DNA of 41,504 nucleotides from Azolla caroliniana. Taxonomy: Eukaryota; Plantae; Polypodiophyta. This document shows positions 1 to 15,000 of the stretch, piece after piece. A program made the position numbers and the translations under genes. Numbering within the stretch: position 1 is the first letter of the stretch; every line of letters begins with the position of its first letter. The stretch covers positions 1 through 41,504 of the forward strand of contig JBHGNT010000274.1 of assembly GCA_043228905.1 (NCBI GenBank), given 5' to 3'. A model generated the notes under the pieces. That model worked only from the letters and a program-made list of their open reading frames with translations. It had not been told where the DNA came from and made no database searches.

Positions 1-3000
1 AAGATTTTGAATCTCAGGTCGAGAGACATGACGAAATTAGCAACCTTGACGGGGGAGTTGAGAGGAGCCCTTGAGTAAATTAAAATGTTCATACCTGGCT
101 CGTGTGATATCGGATTTTTGTGTTCAAACATGCGAATCGAAGCTAACAACGCTAGCTATGATATGGAATTAAAAAATCAAGATTTTGAAACTCACGTCGA
201 GAGACATGACGAAATTACCAAATTTGAGGAGGGAGATGAGAAGAGCTAGTAGGTAAGTTAAAATGTTCATACCTGGCTCGTGTGATATCGGATTTTTGTG
301 TTCAAACATGCGAATCGAAGCTAACAACGCTAACTATGATATGGAATTAAAATATCAAGATTTTGAAACTCAGGTCGAGAGATATGACGAAATTAGCAAC
401 CTTGGCGGGGGAGTTGAGAGGAGCCCTTGAGTAAATTATAATGTTTATACCTGGCTCGTGTGATATCGGATTTTTGTGTTCAAACATGCGAATCGAAGCT
501 AACAAGGCTAGCTATGATATGGATTTAAAAAATCAAGATTTTGAAACTCATGTCGGGAGACATGACGAAATTACCAAATTTGAGGAGGGAGTTGAGAAGA
601 GCTAGTAGGTAAGCTAAAATGTTCATACCTGGCTCGTGTGTTATTGGATTTTGAAACTTAGGTCGAGAGACATGACGAAATTAGCAACCTTGACGAGGGA
701 GTTGAGAGGAGCCCTTGAGTAAATTAAAATGTTCATACCTGGCTCGTGTGATATCGGATTTTTGTGTTCAAACATGCGAATCGAAGCTAACAACGCTGGC
801 TATGATATGGATTTAAAAAATCATGATGTTGAAACTCATGTCGGGAGACATGACGAAATTAGCAACCTTGACGAGGGAGTTGAGAGGAGCCCTTGAGTAA
901 ATTAAAATGTTCATACCTGGCTCGTGTGATATCGGATTTTTGTGTTCAAACATGCGAATCGAAGCTAAGAACGCTAGCTATGATATGGAATTAAAATATC
1001 AAGATTTTGAAACTGAGGTCGAGAGATATGACGAAATTAGCAACCTTGGCGGGGGAGTTGAGAGGAGCCCTTGAGTAAATTATAATGTTCATACCTGGCT
1101 CGTGTGATATCGGATTTTTGTGTTCAAACATGCGAATCGAAGCTAACAAGGCTAGCTATGATATGGATTTAAAAAATCAAGATTTTGAAACTCATGTCGG
1201 GAGACATGACGAAATTACCAAATTTGAGGAGGGAGTTGAGAATAGCTAGTAGGTAAGCTAAAATGTTCATACCTGGCTCGTGTGATATCGGATTTTGAAA
1301 CTCAGGTCGAGAGACATGACGAAATTAGCAACCTTGACGAGGGAGTTGAGAGGAGCCCTTGAGTAAATTAAAATGTTCATACCTGGCTCGTGTGATATCG
1401 GATTTTTGTGTTGAAACATGCGAATCGAAGCTAACAACGCTAGCTATGATATGGATTTAAAAAATCAAGATGTTGAAACTCATGTCGGGAGACATGACGA
1501 AATTAGCAACCTTGACGGGGGAGTTGAGAGGAGCCCTTGAATAAATTAAAATGTTCATACCTGGCTCGTGTGATATCGGATTTTTGTGTACAAACATGCG
1601 AATCGAAGCTAACAACGCTAGCTATGATATGGGATTAAAATATCAAGATTTTGATCTCAGGTTGAGAAGAGCTACTAGGTAAATTAAAATGTTCATACCT
1701 GGCGAGTGCGATATCGGATTTTTGTGTACAAACATGCTAATCGAAGCTAAAAACGCTAGCTATGATATGGAATTAAAAAATCAAGATTTTGAAACTCACG
1801 TCGAGAGACATGACGAAATTACCAAATTTGAGGAGGGAGATGAGAAGAGCTAGTAGGTAAGTTAAAATGTTCATACCTGGCTCGTGTGATATCGGATTTT
1901 TGTGTTCAAACATGCGAATCGAAGCTAACAACGCTAACTATGATATGGAATTAAAATATCAAGATTTTGAAACTCAGGTCGAGAGATATGACGAAATTAG
2001 CAACCTTGGCGGGGGAGTTGAGAGGAGCCCTTGAGTAAATTATAATGTTTATACCTGGCTCGTGTGATATCGGATTTTTGTGTTCAAACATGCGAATCGA
2101 AGCTAACAAGGCTAGCTATGATATGGATTTAAAAAATCAAGATTTTGAAACTCATGTCGGGAGACATGACGAAATTACCAAATTTGAGGAGGGAGTTGAG
2201 AAGAGCTAGTAGGTAAGCTAAAATGTTCATACCTGGCTCGTGTGTTATTGGATTTTGAAACTTAGGTCGAGAGACATGACGAAATTAGCAACCTTGACGA
2301 GGGAGTTGAGAGGAGCCCTTGAGTAAATTAAAATGTTCATACCTGGCTCGTGTGATATCGGATTTTTGTGTTCAAACATGCGAATCGAAGCTAACAACGC
2401 TGGCTATGATATGGATTTAAAAAATCATGATGTTGAAACTCATGTCGGGAGACATGACGAAATTAGCAACCTTGACGAGGGAGTTGAGAGGAGCCCTTGA
2501 GTAAATTAAAATGTTCATACCTGGCTCGTGTGATATCGGATTTTTGTGTTCAAACATGCGAATCGAAGCTAAGAACGCTAGCTATGATATGGAATTAAAA
2601 TATCAAGATTTTGAAACTGAGGTCGAGAGATATGACGAAATTAGCAACCTTGGCGGGGGAGTTGAGAGGAGCCCTTGAGTAAATTATAATGTTCATACCT
2701 GGCTCGTGTGATATCGGATTTTTGTGTTCAAACATGCGAATCGAAGCTAACAAGGCTAGCTATGATATGGATTTAAAAAATCAAGATTTTGAAACTCATG
2801 TCGGGAGACATGACGAAATTACCAAATTTGAGGAGGGAGTTGAGAATAGCTAGTAGGTAAGCTAAAATGTTCATACCTGGCTCGTGTGATATCGGATTTT
2901 GAAACTCAGGTCGAGAGACATGACGAAATTAGCAACCTTGACGAGGGAGTTGAGAGGAGCCCTTGAGTAAATTAAAATGTTCATACCTGGCTCGTGTGAT

Positions 3001-6000
3001 ATCGGATTTTTGTGTTCAAACATGCGAATCGAAGCTAACAACGCTAGCTATGATATGGATTTAAAAAATCAAGATGTTGAAACTCATGTCGGGAGACATG
3101 ACGAAATTAGCAACCTTGACGGGGGAGTTGAGAGGAGCCCTTGAATAAATTAAAATGTTCATACCTGGCTCGTGTGATATCGGATTTTTGTGTACAAACA
3201 TGCGAATCGAAGCTAACAACGCTAGCTATGATATGGGATTAAAATATCAAGATTTTGATCTCAGGTTGAGAAGAGCTACTAGGTAAATTAAAATGTTCAT
3301 ACCTGGCGAGTGCGATATCGGATTTTTGTGTACAAACATGCTAATCGAAGCTAAAAACGCTAGCTATGATATAGAATTTAAAAATCAAGATTTTGAGACT
3401 CAGGTCGAGAGACATAGCAATATTAGCAAACATGAGGAGGGAGTTTAGAGGAGCCCTTGAGTAAATAAAAATGTTCATACCTAGCTCGTGTGATATCGGA
3501 TCTTTGCGTTCAAACATGCGAATCGAAGCTAACAACGCTAGCTATGATATGAAATTAAAAATTCAAGATTTTGAAATTTAGGTCGAGAGACATGACGAAA
3601 TTACCAAATTCAAGGAGTGAGTTGCGAGGAGCCCTTGAGTAAATTAAAATGTTCATTCCTGGCGAGTGTGATATCGGATTTTTGTGTACAAACATGCGAA
3701 TCGAAGCTAACAACGCTAGCTATGATATGGGATTAAAATATCAAGATTCTGAAACTCAGGTCGAGAGACATGACGAAATTAGCAACCTTGACGAGGGAGT
3801 TGAGAGGAGCCCTTGAGTAAATTAAAATGTTCATACCTGGCTCGTGTGATATCGGATTTTTGTGTCCAAACATGCGAATCAAAGCTAACAACGCTAGCTA
3901 TGATATGGATTTAAAAAATCAAGATTCTGAAACTCATGTCGGGCGACATGACGAAATTAGCAACCTTGACGGGGGAGTTGAGAGGAGCCCTTGAGTAAAT
4001 TAAAATGTTCATACCTGCCTCGTGTGATATCGGATTTTTGTGTTCAAACATGCGAATCAAAGCTAACAACGCTAGCTATGATATAGAATTAAAAAATCAA
4101 AATTTTGATCCTCAGGTCGAGAGACATGATGAAATTACAAAATTTGAGGAGTGAGTTGGGAAGAGCTACTAGGTAAATTAAAATGTTCATACCTGGCGAG
4201 TGTGATATCGGATTTTTGTGTACAAACATGCGAATCGAAGCTAACAACGCTAGCTATGATGTGGGATTAAAATATCAAGATTTTGAATCTCAGGTCGAGA
4301 GACATGACGAAATTAGCAACCTTGACGAGGGAGTTGAGAGGAGCCCTTGAGTAAATTAAAATGCTCATACCTGGCTCGTGTGATATCGGATTTTTGTGTT
4401 CAAACATGCGAATCAAAGCTAACAACGCTAGCTATGATATAGAATTAAAAAATCAAGATTTTGATACTCAGGTCCAGAGACATGATGAAATTACAAAATT
4501 TGAGGAGTGAGTTGGGAAGAGCTACTAGGTAAATTAAAATGTTCATACCTGGCGAGTGTGATATCGGATTTTTGTGTACAAACATGCGAACAGAAGCTAA
4601 CAACGCTAGCTATGATATGGGATTAAAATATCAAGATTTTGAATCTCAGGTCGAGAGACATGACGAAATTAGTAACCTTGACGAGGGAGTTGAGAGGAGC
4701 CCTTGAGTAAATTAAAATGTTCATACCTGGCTCGTGTGATATTGGATTTTGCTATTCAAACATGTGAATCGAAGCTAACAACGCTAGCTATGATATGGGA
4801 TTAAAATATCAAGATTTTGAATCTCAGGTCGAGAGACATGACGAAATTAGCAACCTTGACGGGGGAGTTGAGAGGAGCCCTTGAGTAAATTAAAATGTTC
4901 ATACCTGGCTCGTGTGATATCGGATTTTTGTGTTCAAACATGCGAATCGAAGCTAACAACGCTAGCTATGATATGGAATTAAAAAATCAAGATTTTGAAA
5001 CTCAGGTCGAGAGACATGACGAAATTACCAAATTTGAGGAGGGAGATGAGAAGAGCTAGTAGGTAAGTTAAAATGTTCATACCTGGCTCGTGTGATATCG
5101 GATTTTTGTGTTCAAACATGCGAATCGAAGCTAACAACGCTAACTATGATATGGAATTAAAATATCAAGATTTTGAAACTCAGGTCGAGAGATATGACGA
5201 AATTAGCAACCTTGGCGGGGGAGTTGAGAGGAGCCCTTGAGTAAATTATAATGTTCATACCTGGCTCGTGTGATATCGGATTTTTGTGTTCAAACATGCG
5301 AATCGAAGCTAACAAGGCTAGCTATGATATGGATTTAAAAAATCAAGATTTTGAAACTCATGTCGGGAGACATGACGAAATTACCAAATTTGAGGAGGGA
5401 GTTGAGAAGAGCTAGTAGGTAAGCTAAAATGTTCATACCTGGCTCGTGTGTTATTGGATTTTGAAACTTAGGTCGAGAGACATGACGAAATTAGCAACCT
5501 TGACGAGGGAGTTGAGAGGAGCCCTTGAGTAAATTAAAATGTTCATACCTGGCTCGTGTGATATCGGATTTTTGTGTTCAAACATGCGAATCGAAGCTAA
5601 CAACGCTGGCTATGATATGGATTTAAAAAATCATGATGTTGAAACTCATGTCGGGAGACATGACGAAATTAGCAACCTTGACGGGGGAGTTGAGAGGAGC
5701 CCTTGAATAAATTAAAATGTTCATACCTGGCTCGTGTGATATCGGATTTTTGTGTTCAAACATGCGAATCGAAGCTAACAGCGCTAGTTATGATATGGAA
5801 TTAAAAAATCAAGATTTTGAAACTCACGTCGAGTGACATGACGAAATTACCAAATTTGAGGAGTGAGTTGAGAAGAGCTAGTAGGTAAATTAAAATGTTC
5901 ATACCTGGCTCGTGTGATATCGGATTTTTGTATTCAAACATGCGAATCGAAGCTAACAACGCTAGCTATGATATGGAATTTAAAAATCAAGATTTTGAGA

Positions 6001-9000
6001 CTCAGGTCGAGAGACATAGCAATATTAGCAAACATGAGGAGGGAGTTTAGAGGAGCCCTTGAGTAAATAAAAATGTTCATACCTAGCTCGTGTGATATCG
6101 GATCTTTGCGTTCAAACATGCGAATCGAAGCTAACAACGCTAGCTATGATATGAAATTAAAAATTCAAGATTTTGAAATTTAGGTCGAGAGACATGACGA
6201 AATTACCAAATTCAAGGAGTGAGTTGCGAGGAGCCCTTGAGTAAATTAAAATGTTCATTCCTGGCGAGTGTGATATCGGATTTTTGTGTACAAACATGCG
6301 AATCGAAGCTAACAACGCTAGCTATGATGTGGGATTAAAATATCAAGATTTTGAATCTCAGGTCGAGAGACATGACGAAATTAGCAACCTTGACGAGGGA
6401 GTTGAGAGGAGCCCTTGAGTAAATTAAAATGCTCATACCTGGCTCGTGTGATATCGGATTTTTGTGTTCAAACATGCGAATCAAAGCTAACAACGCTAGC
6501 TATGATATAGAATTAAAAAATCAAGATTTTGATACTCAGGTCCAGAGACATGATGAAATTACAAAATTTGAGGAGTGAGTTGGGAAGAGCTACTAGGTAA
6601 ATTAAAATGTTCATACCTGGCGAGTGTGATATCGGATTTTTGTGTACAAACATGCGAACAGAAGCTAACAACGCTAGCTATGATATGGGATTAAAATATC
6701 AAGATTTTGAATCTCAGGTCGAGAGACATGACGAAATTAGTAACCTTGACGAGGGAGTTGAGAGGAGCCCTTGAGTAAATTAAAATGTTCATACCTGGCT
6801 CGTGTGATATTGGATTTTGCTATTCAAACATGTGAATCGAAGCTAACAACGCTAGCTATGATATGGGATTAAAATATCAAGATTTTGAATCTCAGGTCGA
6901 GAGACATGACGAAATTAGCAACCTTGACGGGGGAGTTGAGAGGAGCCCTTGAGTAAATTAAAATGTTCATACCTGGCTCGTGTGATATCGGATTTTTGTG
7001 TTCAAACATGCGAATCGAAGCTAACAACGCTAGCTATGATATGGAATTAAAAAATCAAGATTTTGAAACTCAGGTCGAGAGACATGACGAAATTACCAAA
7101 TTTGAGGAGGGAGATGAGAAGAGCTAGTAGGTAAGTTAAAATGTTCATACCTGGCTCGTGTGATATCGGATTTTTGTGTTCAAACATGCGAATCGAAGCT
7201 AACAACGCTAACTATGATATGGAATTAAAATATCAAGATTTTGAAACTCAGGTCGAGAGATATGACGAAATTAGCAACCTTGGCGGGGGAGTTGAGAGGA
7301 GCCCTTGAGTAAATTATAATGTTCATACCTGGCTCGTGTGATATCGGATTTTTGTGTTCAAACATGCGAATCGAAGCTAACAAGGCTAGCTATGATATGG
7401 ATTTAAAAAATCAAGATTTTGAAACTCATGTCGGGAGACATGACGAAATTACCAAATTTGAGGAGGGAGTTGAGAAGAGCTAGTAGGTAAGCTAAAATGT
7501 TCATACCTGGCTCGTGTGTTATTGGATTTTGAAACTTAGGTCGAGAGACATGACGAAATTAGCAACCTTGACGAGGGAGTTGAGAGGAGCCCTTGAGTAA
7601 ATTAAAATGTTCATACCTGGCTCGTGTGATATCGGATTTTTGTGTTCAAACATGCGAATCGAAGCTAACAACGCTGGCTATGATATGGATTTAAAAAATC
7701 ATGATGTTGAAACTCATGTCGGGAGACATGACGAAATTAGCAACCTTGACGGGGGAGTTGAGAGGAGCCCTTGAATAAATTAAAATGTTCATACCTGGCT
7801 CGTGTGATATCGGATTTTTGTGTTCAAACATGCGAATCGAAGCTAACAGCGCTAGTTATGATATGGAATTAAAAAATCAAGATTTTGAAACTCACGTCGA
7901 GTGACATGACGAAATTACCAAATTTGAGGAGTGAGTTGAGAAGAGCTAGTAGGTAAATTAAAATGTTCATACCTGGCTCGTGTGATATCGGATTTTTGTA
8001 TTTAAACATGCGAATCGAAGCTAACAACGCTAGCTATGATATGGAATTTAAAAATCAAGATTTTGAGACTCAGGTCGAGAGACATAGCAATATTAGCAAA
8101 CATGAGGAGGGAGTTTAGAGGAGCCCTTGAGTAAATAAAAATGTTCATACCTAGCTCGTGTGATATCGGATCTTTGCGTTCAAACATGCGAATCGAAGCT
8201 AACAACGCTAGCTATGATATGAAATTAAAAATTCAAGATTTTGAAATTTAGGTCGAGAGACATGACGAAATTACCAAATTCAAGGAGTGAGTTGCGAGGA
8301 GCCCTTGAGTAAATTAAAATGTTCATTCCTGGCGAGTGTGATATCGGATTTTTGTGTACAAACATGCGAATCGAAGCTAACAACGCTAGCTATGATATGG
8401 GATTAAAATATCAAGATTTTGAAACTCAGGTCGAGAGACATGACGAAATTAGCAACCTTGACGAGGGAGTTGAGAGGAGCCCTTGAGTAAATTAAAATGC
8501 TCATACCTGGCTCGTGTGATATCGGATTTTTGTGTTCAAACATGCGAATCAAAGCTAACAACGCTAGCTATGATATAGAATGAAAAAATCAAAATTTTGA
8601 TCCTCAGGTCGAGAGACATGATGAAATTACAAAATTTAAGGAGTGAGTTGGGAAGAGCTACTAGGTAAATTAAAATGTTCATACCTGGCGAGTGTGATAT
8701 CGGATTTTTGTGTACAAACATGCGAATCGAAGCTAACAACGCTAGCTATGATGTGGGATTAAAATATCAAGATTTTGAATCTCAGGTCGAGAGACATGAC
8801 GAAATTAGCAACCTTGACGAGGGAGTTGAGAGGAGCCCTTGAGTAAATTAAAATGCTCATACCTGGCTCGTGTGATATCGGATTTTTGTGTTCAAACATG
8901 CGAATCAAAGCTAACAACGCTAGCTATGATATAGAATTAAAAAATCAAGATTTTGATACTCAGGTCCAGAGACATGATGAAATTACAAAATTTGAGGAGT

Positions 9001-12000
9001 GAGTTGGGAAGAGCTACTAGGTAAATTAAAATGTTCATACCTGGCGAGTGTGATATCGGATTTTTGTGTACAAACATGCGAACAGAAGCTAACAACGCTA
9101 GCTATGATATGGGATTAAAATATCAAGATTTTGAATCTCAGGTCGAGAGACATGACGAAATTAGCAACCTTGACGAGGGAGTTGAGAGGAGCCCTTGAGT
9201 AAATTAAAATGTTCATACCTGGCTCGTGTGATATTGGATTTTGCTATTCAAACATGTGAATCGAAGCTAACAACGCTAGCTATGATATGGGATTAAAATA
9301 TCAAGATTTTGAATCTCAGGTCGAGAGACATGACGAAATTAGCAACCTTGACGGGGGAGTTGAGAGGAGCCCTTGAGTAAATTAAAATGTTCATACCTGG
9401 CTCGTGTGATATCGGATTTTTGTGTTCAAACATGCGAATCGAAGCTAACAACGCTAGCTATGATATGGAATTAAAAAATCAAGATTTTGAAACTCAGGTC
9501 GAGAGACATGACGAAATTACCAAATTTGAGGAGGGAGATGAGAAGAGCTAGTAGGTAAGTTAAAATGTTCATACCTGGCTCGTGTGATATCGGATTTCTG
9601 TGTTCAAACATGCGAATCGAAGCTAACAACGCTAACTATGATATGGAATTAAAATATCAAGATTTTGAAACTAAGGTCGAGAGATATGACGAAATTAGCA
9701 ACCTTGGCGGGGGAGTTGAGAGGAGCCCTTGAGTAAATTATAATGTTCATACCTGGCTCGTGTGATATCGGATTTTTGTGTTCAAACATGCGAATCGAAG
9801 CTAACAAGGCTAGCTATGATATGGATTTAAAAAATCAAGATTTTGAAACTCATGTCGGGAGACATGACGAAATTACCAAATTTGAGGAGGGAGTTGAGAA
9901 GAGCTAGTAGGTAAGCTAAAATGTTCATACCTGGCTCGTGTGTTATTGGATTTTGAAACTTAGGTCGAGAGACATGACGAAATTAGCAACCTTGACGAGG
10001 GAGTTGAGAGGAGCCCTTGAGTAAATTAAAATGTTCATACCTGGCTCGTGTGATATCGGATTTTTGTGTTCAAACATGCGAATCGAAGCTAACAACGCTG
10101 GCTATGATATGGATTTAAAAAATCATGATGTTGAAACTCATGTCGGGAGACATGACGAAATTAGCAACCTTGACGGGGGAGTTGAGAGGAGCCCTTGAAT
10201 AAATTAAAATGTTCATACCTGGCTGGTGTGATATCGGATTTTTGTGTTCAAACATGCGAATCGAAGCTAACAGCGCTAGTTATGATATGGAATTAAAAAA
10301 TCAAGATTTTGAAACTCACGTCGAGTGACATGACGAAATTACCAAATTTGAGGAGTGAGTTGAGAAGAGCTAGTAGGTAAATTAAAATGTTCATACCTGG
10401 CTCGTGTGATATCGGATATTTGTATTCAAACATGCGAATCGAAGCTAACAACGCTAGCTATGATATGGAATTTAAAAATCAAGATTTTGAGACTCAGGTC
10501 GAGAGACATAGCAATATTAGCAAACATGAGGAGGGAGTTTAGAGGAGCCCTTGAGTAAATAAAAATGTTCATACCTAGCTCGTGTGATATCGGATCTTTG
10601 CGTTCAAACATGCGAATCGAAGCTAACAACGCTAGCTATGATATGAAATTAAAAATTCAAGATTTTGAAATTTAGGTCGAGAGACATGACGAAATTACCA
10701 AATTCAAGGAGTGAGTTGCGAGGAGCCCTTGAGTAAATTAAAATGTTCATTCCTGGCGAGTGTGATATCGGATTTTTGTGTACAAACATGCGAATCGAAG
10801 CTAACAACGCTAGCTATGATGTGGGATTAAAATATCAAGATTTTGAATCTCAGGTCGAGAGACATGACGAAATTAGCAACCTTGACGAGGGAGTTGAGAG
10901 GAGCCCTTGAGTAAATTAAAATGTTCATACCTGGCTCGTGTGATATTGGATTTTGCTATTCAAACATGTGAATCGAAGCTAACAACGCTAGCTATGATAT
11001 GGGATTAAAATATCAAGATTTTGAATCTCAGGTCGAGAGACATGACGAAATTAGCAACCTTGACGGGGGAGTTGAGAGGAGCCCTTGAGTAAATTAAAAT
11101 GTTCATACCTGGCTCGTGTGATATCGGATTTTTGTGTTCAAACATGCGAATCGAAGCTAACAACGCTAGCTATGATATGGAATTAAAAAATCAAGATTTT
11201 GAAACTCACGTCGAGAGACATGACGAAATTACCAAATTTGAGGAGGGAGATGAGAAGAGCTAGTAGGTAAGTTAAAATGTTCATACCTGGCTCGTGTGAT
11301 ATCGGATTTTTGTGTTCAAACATGCGAATCGAAGCTAACAACGCTAACTATGATATGGAATTAAAATATCAAGATTTTGAAACTCAGGTCGAGAGATATG
11401 ACGAAATTAGCAACCTTGGCGGGGGAGTTGAGAGGAGCCCTTGAGTAAATTATAATGTTTATACCTGGCTCGTGTGATATCGGATTTTTGTGTTCAAACA
11501 TGCGAATCGAAGCTAACAAGGCTAGCTATGATATGGATTTAAAAAATCAAGATTTTGAAACTCATGTCGGGAGACATGACGAAATTACCAAATTTGAGGA
11601 GGGAGTTGAGAAGAGCTAGTAGGTAAGCTAAAATGTTCATACCTGGCTCGTGTGTTATTGGATTTTGAAACTTAGGTCGAGAGACATGACGAAATTAGCA
11701 ACCTTGACGAGGGAGTTGAGAGGAGCCCTTGAGTAAATTAAAATGTTCATACCTGGCTCGTGTGATATCGGATTTTTGTGTTCAAACATGCGAATCGAAG
11801 CTAACAACGCTGGCTATGATATGGATTTAAAAAATCATGATGTTGAAACTCATGTCGGGAGACATGACGAAATTAGCAACCTTGACGAGGGAGTTGAGAG
11901 GAGCCCTTGAGTAAATTAAAATGTTCATACCTGGCTCGTGTGATATCGGATTTTTGTGTTCAAACATGCGAATCGAAGCTAAGAACGCTAGCTATGATAT

Positions 12001-15000
12001 GGAATTAAAATATCAAGATTTTGAAACTGAGGTCGAGAGATATGACGAAATTAGCAACCTTGGCGGGGGAGTTGAGAGGAGCCCTTGAGTAAATTATAAT
12101 GTTCATACCTGGCTCGTGTGATATCGGATTTTTGTGTTCAAACATGCGAATCGAAGCTAACAAGGCTAGCTATGATATGGATTTAAAAAATCAAGATTTT
12201 GAAACTCATGTCGGGAGACATGACGAAATTACCAAATTTGAGGAGGGAGTTGAGAATAGCTAGTAGGTAAGCTAAAATGTTCATACCTGGCTCGTGTGAT
12301 ATCGGATTTTGAAACTCAGGTCGAGAGACATGACGAAATTAGCAACCTTGACGAGGGAGTTGAGAGGAGCCCTTGAGTAAATTAAAATGTTCATACCTGG
12401 CTCGTGTGATATCGGATTTTTGTGTTGAAACATGCGAATCGAAGCTAACAACGCTAGCTATGATATGGATTTAAAAAATCAAGATGTTGAAACTCATGTC
12501 GGGAGACATGACGAAATTAGCAACCTTGACGGGGGAGTTGAGAGGAGCCCTTGAATAAATTAAAATGTTCATACCTGGCTCGTGTGATATCGGATTTTTG
12601 TGTACAAACATGCGAATCGAAGCTAACAACGCTAGCTATGATATGGGATTAAAATATCAAGATTTTGATCTCAGGTTGAGAAGAGCTACTAGGTAAATTA
12701 AAATGTTCATACCTGGCGAGTGCGATATCGGATTTTTGTGTACAAACATGCTAATCGAAGCTAAAAACGCTAGCTATGATATGGAATTAAAAAATCAAGA
12801 TTTTGAAACTCACGTCGAGAGACATGACGAAATTACCAAATTTGAGGAGGGAGATGAGAAGAGCTAGTAGGTAAGTTAAAATGTTCATACCTGGCTCGTG
12901 TGATATCGGATTTTTGTGTTCAAACATGCGAATCGAAGCTAACAACGCTAACTATGATATGGAATTAAAATATCAAGATTTTGAAACTCAGGTCGAGAGA
13001 TATGACGAAATTAGCAACCTTGGCGGGGGAGTTGAGAGGAGCCCTTGAGTAAATTATAATGTTTATACCTGGCTCGTGTGATATCGGATTTTTGTGTTCA
13101 AACATGCGAATCGAAGCTAACAAGGCTAGCTATGATATGGATTTAAAAAATCAAGATTTTGAAACTCATGTCGGGAGACATGACGAAATTACCAAATTTG
13201 AGGAGGGAGTTGAGAAGAGCTAGTAGGTAAGCTAAAATGTTCATACCTGGCTCGTGTGTTATTGGATTTTGAAACTTAGGTCGAGAGACATGACGAAATT
13301 AGCAACCTTGACGAGGGAGTTGAGAGGAGCCCTTGAGTAAATTAAAATGTTCATACCTGGCTCGTGTGATATCGGATTTTTGTGTTCAAACATGCGAATC
13401 GAAGCTAACAACGCTGGCTATGATATGGATTTAAAAAATCATGATGTTGAAACTCATGTCGGGAGACATGACGAAATTAGCAACCTTGACGAGGGAGTTG
13501 AGAGGAGCCCTTGAGTAAATTAAAATGTTCATACCTGGCTCGTGTGATATCGGATTTTTGTGTTCAAACATGCGAATCGAAGCTAAGAACGCTAGCTATG
13601 ATATGGAATTAAAATATCAAGATTTTGAAACTGAGGTCGAGAGATATGACGAAATTAGCAACCTTGGCGGGGGAGTTGAGAGGAGCCCTTGAGTAAATTA
13701 TAATGTTCATACCTGGCTCGTGTGATATCGGATTTTTGTGTTCAAACATGCGAATCGAAGCTAACAAGGCTAGCTATGATATGGATTTAAAAAATCAAGA
13801 TTTTGAAACTCATGTCGGGAGACATGACGAAATTACCAAATTTGAGGAGGGAGTTGAGAATAGCTAGTAGGTAAGCTAAAATGTTCATACCTGGCTCGTG
13901 TGATATCGGATTTTGAAACTCAGGTCGAGAGACATGACGAAATTAGCAACCTTGACGAGGGAGTTGAGAGGAGCCCTTGAGTAAATTAAAATGTTCATAC
14001 CTGGCTCGTGTGATATCGGATTTTTGTGTTCAAACATGCGAATCGAAGCTAACAACGCTAGCTATGATATGGATTTAAAAAATCAAGATGTTGAAACTCA
14101 TGTCGGGAGACATGACGAAATTAGCAACCTTGACGGGGGAGTTGAGAGGAGCCCTTGAATAAATTAAAATGTTCATACCTGGCTCGTGTGATATCGGATT
14201 TTTGTGTACAAACATGCGAATCGAAGCTAACAACGCTAGCTATGATATGGGATTAAAATATCAAGATTTTGATCTCAGGTTGAGAAGAGCTACTAGGTAA
14301 ATTAAAATGTTCATACCTGGCGAGTGCGATATCGGATTTTTGTGTACAAACATGCTAATCGAAGCTAAAAACGCTAGCTATGATATAGAATTTAAAAATC
14401 AAGATTTTGAGACTCAGGTCGAGAGACATAGCAATATTAGCAAACATGAGGAGGGAGTTTAGAGGAGCCCTTGAGTAAATAAAAATGTTCATACCTAGCT
14501 CGTGTGATATCGGATCTTTGCGTTCAAACATGCGAATCGAAGCTAACAACGCTAGCTATGATATGAAATTAAAAATTCAAGATTTTGAAATTTAGGTCGA
14601 GAGACATGACGAAATTACCAAATTCAAGGAGTGAGTTGCGAGGAGCCCTTGAGTAAATTAAAATGTTCATTCCTGGCGAGTGTGATATCGGATTTTTGTG
14701 TACAAACATGCGAATCGAAGCTAACAACGCTAGCTATGATATGGGATTAAAATATCAAGATTCTGAAACTCAGGTCGAGAGACATGACGAAATTAGCAAC
14801 CTTGACGAGGGAGTTGAGAGGAGCCCTTGAGTAAATTAAAATGTTCATACCTGGCTCGTGTGATATCGGATTTTTGTGTCCAAACATGCGAATCAAAGCT
14901 AACAACGCTAGCTATGATATGGATTTAAAAAATCAAGATTCTGAAACTCATGTCGGGCGACATGACGAAATTAGCAACCTTGACGGGGGAGTTGAGAGGA

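Noticed and set aside
1-178. Identification as Arabidopsis CEN178 with an ATHILA insertion, or as a 5S rDNA/tRNA array
   Set aside because: The monomer does not resemble those sequences as I recall them, and the element has a chromodomain and non-tRNA PBS unlike ATHILA. A database search is needed for a formal exclusion.
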